This document shows positions 52,601 to 64,000 of a DNA stretch of 64,000 nt, one piece after another (the first letter of the stretch is position 1; each line of letters begins with the position of its first letter). This DNA is from Raillietiella orientalis. Lineage: Eukaryota. The notes beneath the pieces are model-generated. The model did not search any database. It had not been told where the DNA came from and was given only the letters and a program-made list of their open reading frames with translations. The DNA lies in contig JAYWIR010000003.1 in the NCBI GenBank assembly GCA_036172245.1, positions 2,232,001-2,296,000 on the forward strand, written 5' to 3'. The position numbers were made by a program, and so were the translations under genes.

Positions 52601-55600
52601 TATAACAGTTTGCAATCCCAGAAATCCCTGATCTCCAGAGTGCACGATCCATTTTTACGAAAATAAGGCTGCGTTCTTCCTGCGTTCTTATAGAGGGAAA
52701 ACGCGAGCTGTGTGGATGTTAGCTTTCCTGATTATCATCTCAGCGTGCTGGTAGAAAGGAATGTAGAAACAAAAACAAGTGGAATGCTAGAAACAGATGC
52801 TTTTGAAATATATTCTCGTATTCTTCAGGGCCCTTTGAATTTCCTGAGTCTCATGGAGAAAAACGAAAACACTTTAAGACAATGTGGAGTCTCGTTTCGT
52901 TTTGTTTTGTTTTGTTTTTTTCTCCAGAACGATCTTCCTGCTGCTTTCAATGACTGCTGCTCATTAATAAGGATCTCTCATGTGTTTTTGCTGACTTTGT
53001 TGTTGGGTAAACATTCATTTTCGATCTCATGTTTCAAAAAAAAAAAAAAAGAAAAAAAAAAAGCCTAACAAATGAATCAAAGGAAGCTTCGGACGGAAAG
53101 GAGGCTGCGGCAACTGCAGGTAGTCAGTTGCAGCTGTCTCCTGAAGATCCGAGAGTCTCCAAGACGAAACTGTGTCCCCACTCACACGGATGCTTGGCGA
53201 TCTTCATACTTGACTCCGGTAATTAATTGCTCAGGTCAGCAACTAACAACGCAAGTATTGCCGCGGCTATGGAGATCCAACGCGTTCGTTGGCCTGGAGA
53301 ATGTCAACCCAGAAGAGGAAATTCAGGCAAATAAAGCTCGCGAATGGTGACGTGTGCACCTCTGTGGTGCAGAGCTGTACTCGGGTGATGCGAACGCGCC
53401 ATCGCCTCAAGCGGAAATGACAACCGGTGCGTCTGGAGCCCTCGCGGAGATTACTGTTACTTTTGTTTTCGTACCAGCCGCGTTCCTCTGGAAGGGGTCA
53501 ACACTCAGATTGGCAGAAAATATCGGCTTTAGCATAGAATTGCTGTTTCTCGCCTGGATATTCTTAGTGCAATCCGTGCGTGCATCTGGAGCCGGAAAAG
53601 GACATTCGTGTTGACCTCTTGCAGTCCTTGACTGCCGTGCTTGCAAGTTTTGTAATTGGCACGTCAGGAGCGGCAGTTCTCGTCCCTGACCCTCAACACG
53701 AGTGTTGGAATCTGAGGTACGGAATTTGCTGTCCGCACTTGTATTCGCCAATCGGACAGATTTCATTGCGAGGTTCGAACTGAAAATCATTGGTTTTCGA
53801 TGCCAACGACGAGATGGGATGCTGCTGTCAGAGCGCGCTTTCACTTTTCCTGAATTCTGAATAGCCATATAGCTGGCCAGCCCAGAAGCGGCTGTTGCTG
53901 CATCACCAAACCATTCTTCCTCCGTGTGCCTGTTCCTTCCTTTCTAACAACGTCGCTGGAACGGGTTGCGCCCAAATGACACCAAGTCAAGGAGGCGCAA
54001 GGCGGCTGCCTTGGATTCGGAGAACTCCAAGAGAGAATTTCCCGGCCTTGACTTCCGAAGAATCATCTCATCAGAGAGCAAGTTTTCTGAGGCATCGCCC
54101 AATTATCGTTGCATCCTGAACAGAAAGCCTTGCTGAGGAAATTACAAAGGAGTGCCTCTTGTGAGAATTCAGATGGACGGTGACTCGTTCTTTTTCTTTT
54201 TCTAATCTACGTAGCAGAGCAATTTTCAGTAATCACCATGGACCATTCAAAGATTCCTTTAGATCGAAATCCGCTGAGTGAAATGCGTGTGTGACTGCAG
54301 GTGCTGAAAGAAAATGGAGTCAATGGGTATGATTTTGCGATCGACTTTTCGATGTTCTACCAGCAGCAGTGGAAGAAAACTTCGAGCTTTGGATAAGGAA
54401 GAGGAATTCTTCTTGGATTCACCCAACTCTCGTCGCACATGTGCTCGCTACATGCATCAGGAGCATGCTTCCTTAAATCCGTTGGATTTGGAAACTGCAA
54501 TACAGGTTTGCGTGAATTCCTTCTCACCAAGGTCACGTCGTGACCTGATTTGCCAGAATCGGTTGGATGCCTGCAGCACAGTTTCCAAATGCAACTGAAT
54601 CGTGGTGGCATTTTGGACGTCCTTATCATGTATAAAACTTGCAATGCCTGTCAGGAGCACTAATTAATATGTATTTATTAAAATACTTTCTATTATCATT
54701 ATACGAAAAAAAAAATTTTCTTTCACTGAGACTTTCCTTTTCATGCTAAGCGCTCATTATATATTAAGCAAGAAATATTCTACTCTGCAATGGAATGCCT
54801 GTAGGCGATTTCTTTTGGAGAATGGAATTTCCAACTCAAGGTATTCAGATCGTCTAGTTCGAGAGGAAAGTCTGATTTGATGGTGGACAGAAGACGAATG
54901 GCAATGTTCTGATGCTCCTGGAAGAGCATGTTCTCTAAGTGCTTTCCAGAACCACGGAAGTCCACCATCGGTGGTCCATAGTTTCGGTACCTCTGCAACA
55001 AATCTCATTCTCCTTCATATTCCAAAGTTCCCTCGCATGCGTTCGCTGGTGTCACATGCACTCTTGTCTAAGGAAACTCCTCCCGTATTTTTACTTGCAC
55101 CTCCCTGTTTGTACAGGCTCAGACTAACATGTTTTCCGGATTCAGAGATGCTCTAGACAAGCATTGTCCTTTCAAATCACCAAGGAAGCCAAATCGAACA
55201 TCCCGTTCCAAGCAACGTGTTTTTAGAACATTTTAGTAAGTCGCATCACGATTCCATGAGTTGACCCGGTTAGAGCGGAAACCTAAAGAACAACGATTTA
55301 GGGGGCCCTATCGTGGCTTTGATTTGACTGCAAGCTCTTTGTTCATATATTTCTGAAGCCATGCGTTTACTATTCATCCTCGTGACACAAGGTGTGCCTG
55401 TAATGAAGTGTGGATGGTTGGCTTCGTGTGCAGAGACCGATGGAAACATTTCCTTCTTCGAGTGCACGTTACCAGAATTCCCATGCGTGAAAAAAAAAAA
55501 AAAACTTCCAAGTTTTTCTTCACATCCTTTTTTTTTTTTTTTTTTTCCTTCCCCTCTCCCCGAAAGTATTCCCAAATCACAAAAGCATGAAAAGCCGGGG

Positions 55601-58600
55601 CGTGATGTGAAGGGGGATGAATTCCTTGAAATATTCCGGCGTTTTGATCAGGCTGAAAATAGTGAAATAATCCGAGCAACCTGGATTCGAACACCCACTC
55701 TTTTGAAAGTTTCGCTTGACGCCGTATTTCTTCCTCAGGACCAGTTTTTCATCCAGTTGGTGTTTGGCAAACTGCAAAACCTGTGTGATTTTTTTGAGCG
55801 CGGTGGCACATTTCACTCTTTCATTCGAATTGCGATTCGATTGCCCTCAGGTCGAAATTTAGACCGACCGCCACGTGGCCGCATGGCATGTCGCCTATGG
55901 AACACAGAGTGGAGCTTTAAGGTATCATTCATTTCTAATAAATGAGACCACCGCCTGCAGGCGCTCAAGTCTCCAGAAGATCTTCTGGTGGGAGGCTGCA
56001 ATGGCTGAAAATCGATTGGTAGCTCCGAATGTCTGTTTGAACTCTTAAAAGCCGGGACACACGAAACTTATGGACTGCAGTGTGAATGACCTACGGCTCG
56101 GAAAAACATCACCACAGACTCCGAATCACCCGAAACGAAAAAGTCTTCCAACGAGGCGAATGGACGGTTCCTCTTTGTTTGCGCGTTTGCTGAGCATCCT
56201 CTCAACTTTACCATTAGCTTTCAATGCGCTGATTTTCATCGGACCCGATGATCGAAACGCCGTAGAGCAAGGTGGTCATCTTCAACAAAGCAGATATGGG
56301 CTGCCGAAGAGAAGCCCCAAAATGATTCCATTGGCTGGTTGAAGTCCGGAGAGGGTGAACTTCGAACCCAAAAGGTGGGATCCCACATCCTGCAGAGGAC
56401 ACCACTGCGCAGATGAAGTTTCGAATGCCTGAAGTACGTCCAAGTTGACGTTAAGGTGGAGCGCAAAAGAAAAATTTCTGAAGACGAGTCTTGAAGTTAT
56501 GGAAGTGCAGCTAAAACTTCTAAAGTATGTACATTAGGAAGGAGACGATGGGAAAACGAAGAAGAGAGATAGGTTTCAAGTAGAAGCCTGCGAGAGTTTT
56601 CAAAAATAAATCAGCTTCCCTGATGTATACAGCAACTCGCAAAATTAAACACATGTTCTTTCCCAAGTTACAGGAAAGGCGAGGAATGGTTTCGTGATAC
56701 ATAAATCCTTGCTGGCTTGGAAAATAATGACAAAAAAAAAAAAAAAAGCACATATATTTTAATTGCTCTTCAATGGATGCATGCATGCTTTTTTTTTTTT
56801 TTTTTTTTACAGTAGCTCAAGATGAGCCCCATTAAATCATTCAAATTTAGAAGATACGCTAAGCATGGAGTGTAGGGTTTTCACGCACCTCCAACATTGC
56901 AGTATGTGCAAAAAAAATTCCTTTTCCCGTTCTCGGGTTCGAAATGCCGTGTGCGGAAAAAAAAAAAAAAAAAAGGCACGCACTCTAACGAACAGATGAA
57001 ACCACGATTAGGCAATTGAGGTTCATTTCCTGAGGGTAGGAACAATCGAGCAAGTATCATACTCTTATCGAGTTTTCGGATCTGCGAAGAGATGCGATAA
57101 AGCGAAACCAGAAAGCAGTCAAATAGAAGTGTACTCCGAGCTCTCTTAATGAAGTACCGAGAGCTCTTAGAAGCCCACAAAAAGGAACCACTCGCCGGCT
57201 TTCGCTGCTCACATTCCCGGCTTCCCATCCTGGAGCCTTTCATATTTTAAAGCCACGGCTGCAGTCACCGTGTTGAGGAATCACAAGGCACACTCTATTC
57301 AAAGAGCTCATCGTGCGGATTGAAAAGTTAAAGTCGATGATTGATGCCGGAGGACTTCAAAGGATGGTGTCTCTAGAGCAGCAGGAATCAACATGGCGGA
57401 GGAAAATGAATACAGCGTTCCTTTTGTGTTCCGCACGGGAAAGAGGTAACACTCACAAGAGAAGTGTGCGCACGGGTGGAGGGGTCGGACAAATCACTTC
57501 TGAGACCTCGGTGAGCTGCTTTCCTCAGTTAGAAGTGAGGCTTAAGCGATGGGAACCAGCATGTGTTTTCCAATGGGTCAGGAAACAACCACTTGACAGC
57601 AGCCTGCGACAGAAATAATTCAACATCCATGAGCACTCGAAGGCAGGTTGGCTCGCTCGCAACCAGGAAAAGGAGCGAAAATGCGAGAGAGCATGGCGTG
57701 TTGCTTTTTTTCCGGTTGCGACAGGAACGGGATTTCGTTTTCGTGTTTGTTCTTCGGCGTTTCTCGAGAGGCACGGCTTTGCGATGAGCCACCGAATCTC
57801 CGCAGCTTCCAGATCCATTTACTAACGCGGATTTATTCTAGCAGTTCAAAAAGATATTTCAATCTAACTTTCAGCCACAGTTGGGATCATCATCAAGGAG
57901 AAGGATAGATGAGCTTGAAAATGATAATCCAAAGATTATAATCACCCGCGATAGAAAGATGGAGAGAAAAAATACATCGGGAGCGAGCCGGGAAAACGGT
58001 AGAAGAATAAATTCGGTGGAAGAAGCGTGGATGAGATGACAGGCAATGAGGAACGGGATCGGATCCAAGAGAATGCCTCAGGGCGTGATTTCGTACAAGG
58101 GAACCCATGCTGCGGTAAACGAACTCTTCCGGAAGCTCATAGATTCCCGTCTTCACGCTGGGCATAGCATTGGGCGGCATTTTCTTGACTCCGCCACGGA
58201 GAGTTCCTTCTCATGGTGTGCTGTGCATTGAAGGCATCTTCATTTCACGTGTCTTTTGGCACTCACGGCATCGACGCGCGACAGGGAGGGAGTTTGCCGA
58301 AGGCCATGACCTGCTACTGCTAGCGTAGCAGTTTGTGATTGCACTGAGGACTGGATCAAAAGTCCAGTCTGTATCTCCTCCACCAGGAAGACGACAAAAG
58401 AAAGTTCAAGAGAATCCGCGCCCGAAAGCGCCCTGAAAGAAAATTGCCAAAAACAGCATTTGGGACACGCCTCAGGCCGTTCGCTGCTGCACGTTAGAGT
58501 CGCAGAGTGAACGCATCTTGATTTTCTCCGGAACAAGGATGCGCCCAAGGTGTCTTAGACACCGACGTGATAGATTTACGGTGTTTGTACTTTCCAGAGC

Positions 58601-60319
58601 GCTTCTTTTGGCATTCAGTTGCTCTCTTCACATTTCTGCGACCGCCCAATCATCCTCTCTTCAGCGAGTTTCCTCGATGAGCTGCCAAATTCCTTCTGGA
58701 TACCTCCGCTCCTTCATTCTACACGAAGCTGTTCCAGGACCAGAACATCGCATAGACAGCTAAAACTTTTATGAGAACCAGAGGCGGTGTTTCCACATCG
58801 AGGAGAGGTGGAAGAGCATCCTTTGGCTACTTACATCTTCCAGACACCTGTGCCGTCTGGGCTACCTCTACCTTTCTCTCGTTCTTGAGCGCGGTCTCTT
58901 AAGCCGAATCTTCTGAAACCGGTTGCTAATTTGCATTCGGTCTGGGTAGAGGACGCATTTTCCGTTAGTAAAGAAGAGGATGTAGGTTTCGGATGGTAGA
59001 TTTAGAACTCTCGGAGTCCTCAAATGAGCAGGAGACAGCGCCACATTCTATTTGAAAAAAGCAAGTAAAGACTTGATCAGCAGCTACTGACTCTCTGAAA
59101 CAGCTAGAGGTCATCTTTGTTGCTGATCATGAGCGAAAGATTCCGAATACCTGCCTTCTCGTAACGATGGAGCCACATGACACTCGCAATCCCATCGAAG
59201 GCTGCTTTCTGGTCTCCAATTCGACTGTCACTGGCAACCCTGAAAATGCCCTCCAGCTTCCCTAATTCCGCAAACTGTTTGGGGTAAAGCAGCATTTGCC
59301 AGCATCGCGGGATCGGAAACTCCAAGATGGAGGGGACATCGAAAAGAGCCGGATGAAAGAAATGAATCGAAAGCGCCCTGATGGGGATGGAGCTACAGGG
59401 GGATGATAGTTCTTCATCTTTCTGCTTCTTCGTTTTTCATCCACTCGGATGGACCTCGAACGCAAAGGGTTGGCGCTGGATGCTCGGAGAAGTCTGCTTG
59501 CTTTCCGAGCGAGAATTCTCCGCCGGAGATCCCGATCTGCCCCCAGACGACCCTCACCATAGGAAGATCCAGAGATAGTCCGCGGCCGCCTGGATCGGGA
59601 AAATCACACGCCGCCCTTAGCGGTGGCGCTCTCGCAGTGTCGCCTTCGTGCCCTCGTTCCACACGGAGAGGATGGTGACGCGAGCTGCGTAAACCCACGT
59701 CTCGGAGTCGCGGGTCCGGAACGCCGCATCCTTCCAGCGTCCATTCCTGTTTTCTCATGCGCGGACGCCGATGCTAGGAAGATCATCTCCGAGAAGACCC
59801 GAGGTTTAAAGCCAAAAGATCTGCACCTTCACTACCGCGGGGATGCCCGCAGTGTCGGGGAGATTCATCCGCCAACTCGTTCGAGTGACCAACCTACAGC
59901 AACCCCCCATTTCCGTGCTTCCGGTCCTGCGAGGGCTCTATGTGACGGGAGAAGAAGGCTCCCTGGAGCCATGAAGACGAAGGCAACTCTTCACAATCCG
60001 TTTTCGCCTCCGTTTCTTTCTTTCTTGCAAGCCTCCACCTTCTCCCGTCTCCACTCCGGAGTGGTCACCTGCCGAATTGAATGCAGACGGGGAGATCAGG
60101 GAATCCATGTTTCGGGTATTCCGAAGTCCGAGGTTCCGGGAGGTCCTTCCCACCGGAAAGCTACTAAAGGGAAGGAGGAGAGGGCAACTCCCGGCACACT
60201 AGCTGTTTGGAAACGCCGCGGGTGGCGGCAGATTAAAATGGAAGAGGCCGCGCGGAACTCTAGGAGTCCTGATGGGACGCGCGAAGCACCGAGGTGCTCT
60301 CTCCGGAGATGCGCCCAAA

Positions 60320-60590
60320 GGGAAGAGGAGGAAGGGAGGCGGAGGAAGAGGATGGAAGGTAGAGGAAGAGAGGTAGAGGAAGGGAGGAGGAAGGGAGGGA
60401 TGAGAACGAAGGGAGAAGAGGAAGGGGGATAGAGAAAGGGAAGAGGAAGGAAAGCGGGAGAGGAGAAAGAGAGGGGTGAAGAAGAGAGAGATGAGGAAGA
60501 AGGAGAAAGAGAAGGAAGGGAAGAGGAGGAAAGGAAGGATGAGGAAGAAGAATAAGAATGAGGCAGGGAAGAGGAGGAGGAGGAGAAGAC
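60320..60590 (+). repeat. Polypurine (GA-rich) low-complexity tract
   Basis: Almost purely G/A for about 270 nt. Confidence 0.95.
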
Positions 60591-60862
60591 GGTGGGTGGA
60601 AGTGCACTGCTTGGATGCAGCTCCCGTCGATCGCACGCCCCTCCGCTTCTGCTGCTTGTCGGAGCGTGCCCGCATCCGCACCCCAGGGTGCGGAGGCTGC
60701 CGAGAGAGTCCGGGAACGTTCCTTCGGCGCACGGGTGGCACGTGCTTGCGGCGGAGGCTCCTCTTCGGGGAGAGGGGCACCCGGGACGGGTTCTCTCCCC
60801 GGCGCCCGCGACGTTCGTGGGAAACGCCGCGGGAGTGTTCCTCTCGGCTGTCCCGATGTCAC

Positions 60863-61132
60863 CTGCGCGCAGTCCTCCTCCTCCTCTTCCTCCGTCGCCT
60901 CCAGCGAGCGGTCGGCGCGCACGCCCGCTTCGTCGGGAATCCCCCCTCGTCCTCCTGCCGTGGCGAAGGCGGCGAAGAGCGGGCGGGCGGGCGCGCCGCC
61001 GCGGAAATCACTGGAGCATTGCTGTTGTGCTGCGCGGAGAAGATCCGCCGGAGCGGGACAGCCACCGACAGCAGAGGGAGGAGAGTCTCTCTCGCGATGC
61101 CTTGCGGACTCCGGATGAAATATTGCGTTCAT
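60863..61132 (-). CDS. Candidate first coding exon of an unidentified minus-strand gene
   Basis: ATG at 61132 opens MNAIFHPESARHRERDSPPSAVGG...RSLEATEEEEEEDCAQ, ending at a CAG|GTGACA donor. It lies inside the CpG island. No recognisable domain. Confidence 0.3.
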
Positions 61133-61324
61133 ACCATGACCCGGAGGAGTCGGCTGAGCTCGCTGGTTCGAAAAGTCGATTCCTGCAGCTTCCACCGCGC
61201 GGATCAAGAAAAATGGCTCGCGTCAAGCGCTTTTTAAAAGGCGGAATAAAATGAGATGGGATGAGAAAGTTGCAGCCAAAGACGAATTTTCGCGAAAGGA
61301 GTGAACCTCCGGTTACTGCCAAAC

Positions 61325-61455
61325 GAGAGGAGGAGGGCGGGGGAGGAAGAAGGAAAAGAAAGAAAGAAGGATGGGAAGGAGAAGGAAAAGAAAGAAGAGA
61401 GAAGAAAAGAAAAAAAAAGCCGAGAAAGAAAGAGAGAGAGAGAGAGAGAGAAAGA
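61325..61455 (+). repeat. Polypurine tract ending in a (GA)n microsatellite
   Basis: G/A-rich run with an (AG)n repeat at ~61431-61451. Confidence 0.95.
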
Positions 61456-64000
61456 CCGCGCTGCCGGGCATCGCGGGCCGCGGATGACGCGGAGAAGACG
61501 TTCGGCTCGGAATCCGCAATCCGGTTTCGATCGCGCGTCGGGAACCCGTTGGGTTCCCGCGGGATGTGCGGGGGATGAATGATCGACAATCAATTCGCGC
61601 AGATGGATACCATGATCGCCTCTTTGATTTTTATAGCGCCATCGGAGCGGCCGAGAAGTTGCGCCGGGGTGTCCCCCGCGGGGGGAAAAACGAATGACTT
61701 GACGAGGCTGACGTGCGCCCGAGTGCTGCCCTCTCTCGCTGATTAGCGAACTCTCCGTGGCATCCGAGCGACTTTCACTGCCGCTTCCTGTCCCGGCAGT
61801 TTATGCAATTTGTTAAAAGCTTTTTTACGGTCCATGAAAAGAACGGTGGCAGCAGCAGCAGCATCGAGAGATGCAGGTGAGAAGAGAACGTGTGTGTGTG
61901 AGTGTGTGAGTTTCTCCTGGACCTCTCCTCCCTGCGCTCGCGTAGGCCGTACCATACGACGTCGAAACTTAGCGGGGAGACTCTTCGACTCCTGGAGGGG
62001 GAACGCATCCCAAAGGGAGAAAAAGCGATCTCGCAGGAGAGCTCAAGGGATTCTTTCGTCGCGTGCGGTCCCTCATAACTCGCTCATAACTCGCTCCGAC
62101 CTTAAGAGAAGCCCTACCTGCTGCAGATTCGCGGCAGCCAACCTTCTCCAACGGTCGCTCACTAAGCTTCTGCTTCTCCTTGGCTTCCATGGGAACAGAT
62201 CCCCGTTACACAGGACGGAAGTATCCCAGCAGCTCCCCCGTTGTCCCCTGCATCGAGAAACCGCCGAGCAACTGCGAAGAGAGCCGAAAAGTTTTTGCCG
62301 ATTGAAGTCCTTTCGCATCTCCGCTCAGCATCCCGCACTGGAACAGGAAGACCTTCCCTCCTAGATGTTCGCAAGACGTCCGTGAAGACCGTGGAGTTGA
62401 ATCTGGACCAGTGTTTATCTCCAGACGTCTCTCATCGCTGTTTTGACCCCTACCAGCCTGCATGGGTCACAGATGAAGGGCTCCCGAAATTGTCGATTTT
62501 CCCTTCGATGGAACATCCGAGTCCCAGCTGTGCCATCCCATCGCGCGATCAGGAAAACGCGAAACTGCTCTCAAGCAAAACCTTGGGATCATCGGTCATC
62601 AATTAGCAGATGATCCTCTGGAGCGACCTTCTCATGCAAGTGATTCCGGTAGAAGGAATTGAAGGCCGGCACAAGTACAAGATGGCACTGGATTCTTCCC
62701 GAAGGTAGAATTGCAGCATTTCAAAACAGCTTATTCCTCCCATGTGTTCCACTGCCGGGATTCCAAGGTCACTCTGCGCTCTAGGAGTGGCTCGTTAGGT
62801 TCCCGTTTCCACTTGAAATGCCTTCGCAGTAAGACACGTGCAGCATCCTTGATTTTTTTTTTTGTCATTCCTGATTGCATCTCCCTGTTTTCCGTGTGAC
62901 TCCAAGAACGGACACGCAAAAAGTTTTCTTCTTCGCTTCTCGTATTCGCCTGCGTTATCAACGAGAGCTGATCTGAAGAACGTGGCTTCAAGGGTCTTCT
63001 TGCTCGAGCCTTTCGCGATGGGCTGATCAGATAGCCTCGCGCTCCCCAAAGGGAAGAGCACTTTCTTCCCTGCTTGAAGATCAGTCCCCTTTTCTCACGA
63101 AATCCTTTCGGAATGTCTGGAACGACCGACGGCATGATCCAAGAACTCGGGCCCCTGCAGGGCTATGCGGAAAGGTGAGGACGAAACGAGAGGCTCGCAA
63201 AGTAATGCGGTTCCCGCGAAGACGTCTTTTCAGGAACCGCGAGGCGATGCTCGTTAGCTTCGTCTTGAAGGAAACGGAGTAAGCGGGAAAGCCGACGGCT
63301 GTTCCTGGACTAGAATTGGGCTCAGGAATTCATCGGCACTTGGTTGTGGCCTCGGCCGGAGACAAGAGGGATGCACGCCCCACACGGGAGGATTTCGAAA
63401 AACGCAAGACCGATCGCTGTTCTCCACCTCTGTACTCTCCCGGCATAAATCTTCACAGGGAAGAGGTCGTCGGATGGGAACATGAAAATTAAATGTCACT
63501 CTTCTGCCTTGCGACTTCGAGTGGAGGCACACAGAAGGCAGTCTGAGGCAGACTGCGTGGAAATGGCCAGCCGCAAACGACATGAATTCCCACCGTTACA
63601 AATGGCAAGGGCAACCTCACCTCCTCTAGAGTGATCCGCATGTGAGCTGCACCAGCCACGTTCCCAGCAGAACGTCACGCGTTTCCTCGGAAACGCGGTT
63701 GTGAACGAATAAGCACGCAGTTTCTCTGGACTTGGCACATCACGCTCTCAAAGGGCGCGCTTGAGACAACAGAATGCCAGCAGCGGTTTTCAAAAGTTGG
63801 GCATCCCGTGCAATCGACGAATGATAAATTCGACGCAGATGCATGGGAGCATTAAAAAAGATGGAAAACACGATGTGAAGACGTTTGAATCGATAGGGAG
63901 AACGTGTGCGAGAAACCAGTCATTCTGTTTGATGATTTTCCGTCTTGCAGCACCGTCCACAATTCTGCGGCTGGTCGCGACACCACACTCACCGTGGAGT

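Larger units (their letters stand above)
60600..61750. promoter_or_regulatory. CpG/GC-rich island, a probable promoter or 5' gene region
   Basis: Marked rise in GC and CpG (GGCGGGCGGGCGCGCCGCCGCGG, CGCGGGCCGCGG) with GA repeats. No recognisable transposon motifs. Confidence 0.5.

Noticed and set aside
59623..61589. Multiple overlapping 190-315-aa ORFs on both strands
   Set aside because: Expected from high GC content and GA-rich low complexity. Only the short candidate exon was kept, at low confidence.
1..64000. CRISPR array, operon, rRNA or other prokaryote-type system
   Set aside because: No regularly spaced repeat-spacer array, no gene-dense coding blocks and no rRNA-like conserved motifs were seen. 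The sequence is eukaryotic and repeat-rich.

Overview
This is eukaryotic nuclear DNA, not prokaryotic. There are no operons and no long clean ORFs, and there are many homopolymer, (TG)n and GA-rich tracts. The N-terminal tail of a decayed histone H2B copy resembles insect/crustacean H2B, so the host is probably an arthropod (inference). The window is mostly old transposon debris that I recognised from degenerate protein motifs across frameshifts: CR1/L2-like and L1/Tx1-like LINE fragments, a Penelope-like RT fragment, two hAT transposase remnants, a THAP + DDE_Tnp_4 (ISL2EU/Harbinger-like) remnant and a possible pogo-type fragment. The clearest features are (i) an H2B pseudogene at 11121-11498, (ii) four copies of a ~650-bp tRNA-headed SINE-like repeat whose 3' end resembles a decayed hammerhead ribozyme, (iii) a 101-bp perfect inverted duplication with templated junction fragments at 12.7-13.5 kb, (iv) two other pairs of inverted repeats, and (v) a CpG-rich island at ~60.6-61.7 kb that may hold the first exon of a minus-strand gene. 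I cannot confirm any intact protein-coding gene or any novel multi-gene system. The SINE/hammerhead hypothesis is the best lead. Transposon boundaries are approximate and all family calls are by-eye motif matches, not database searches.
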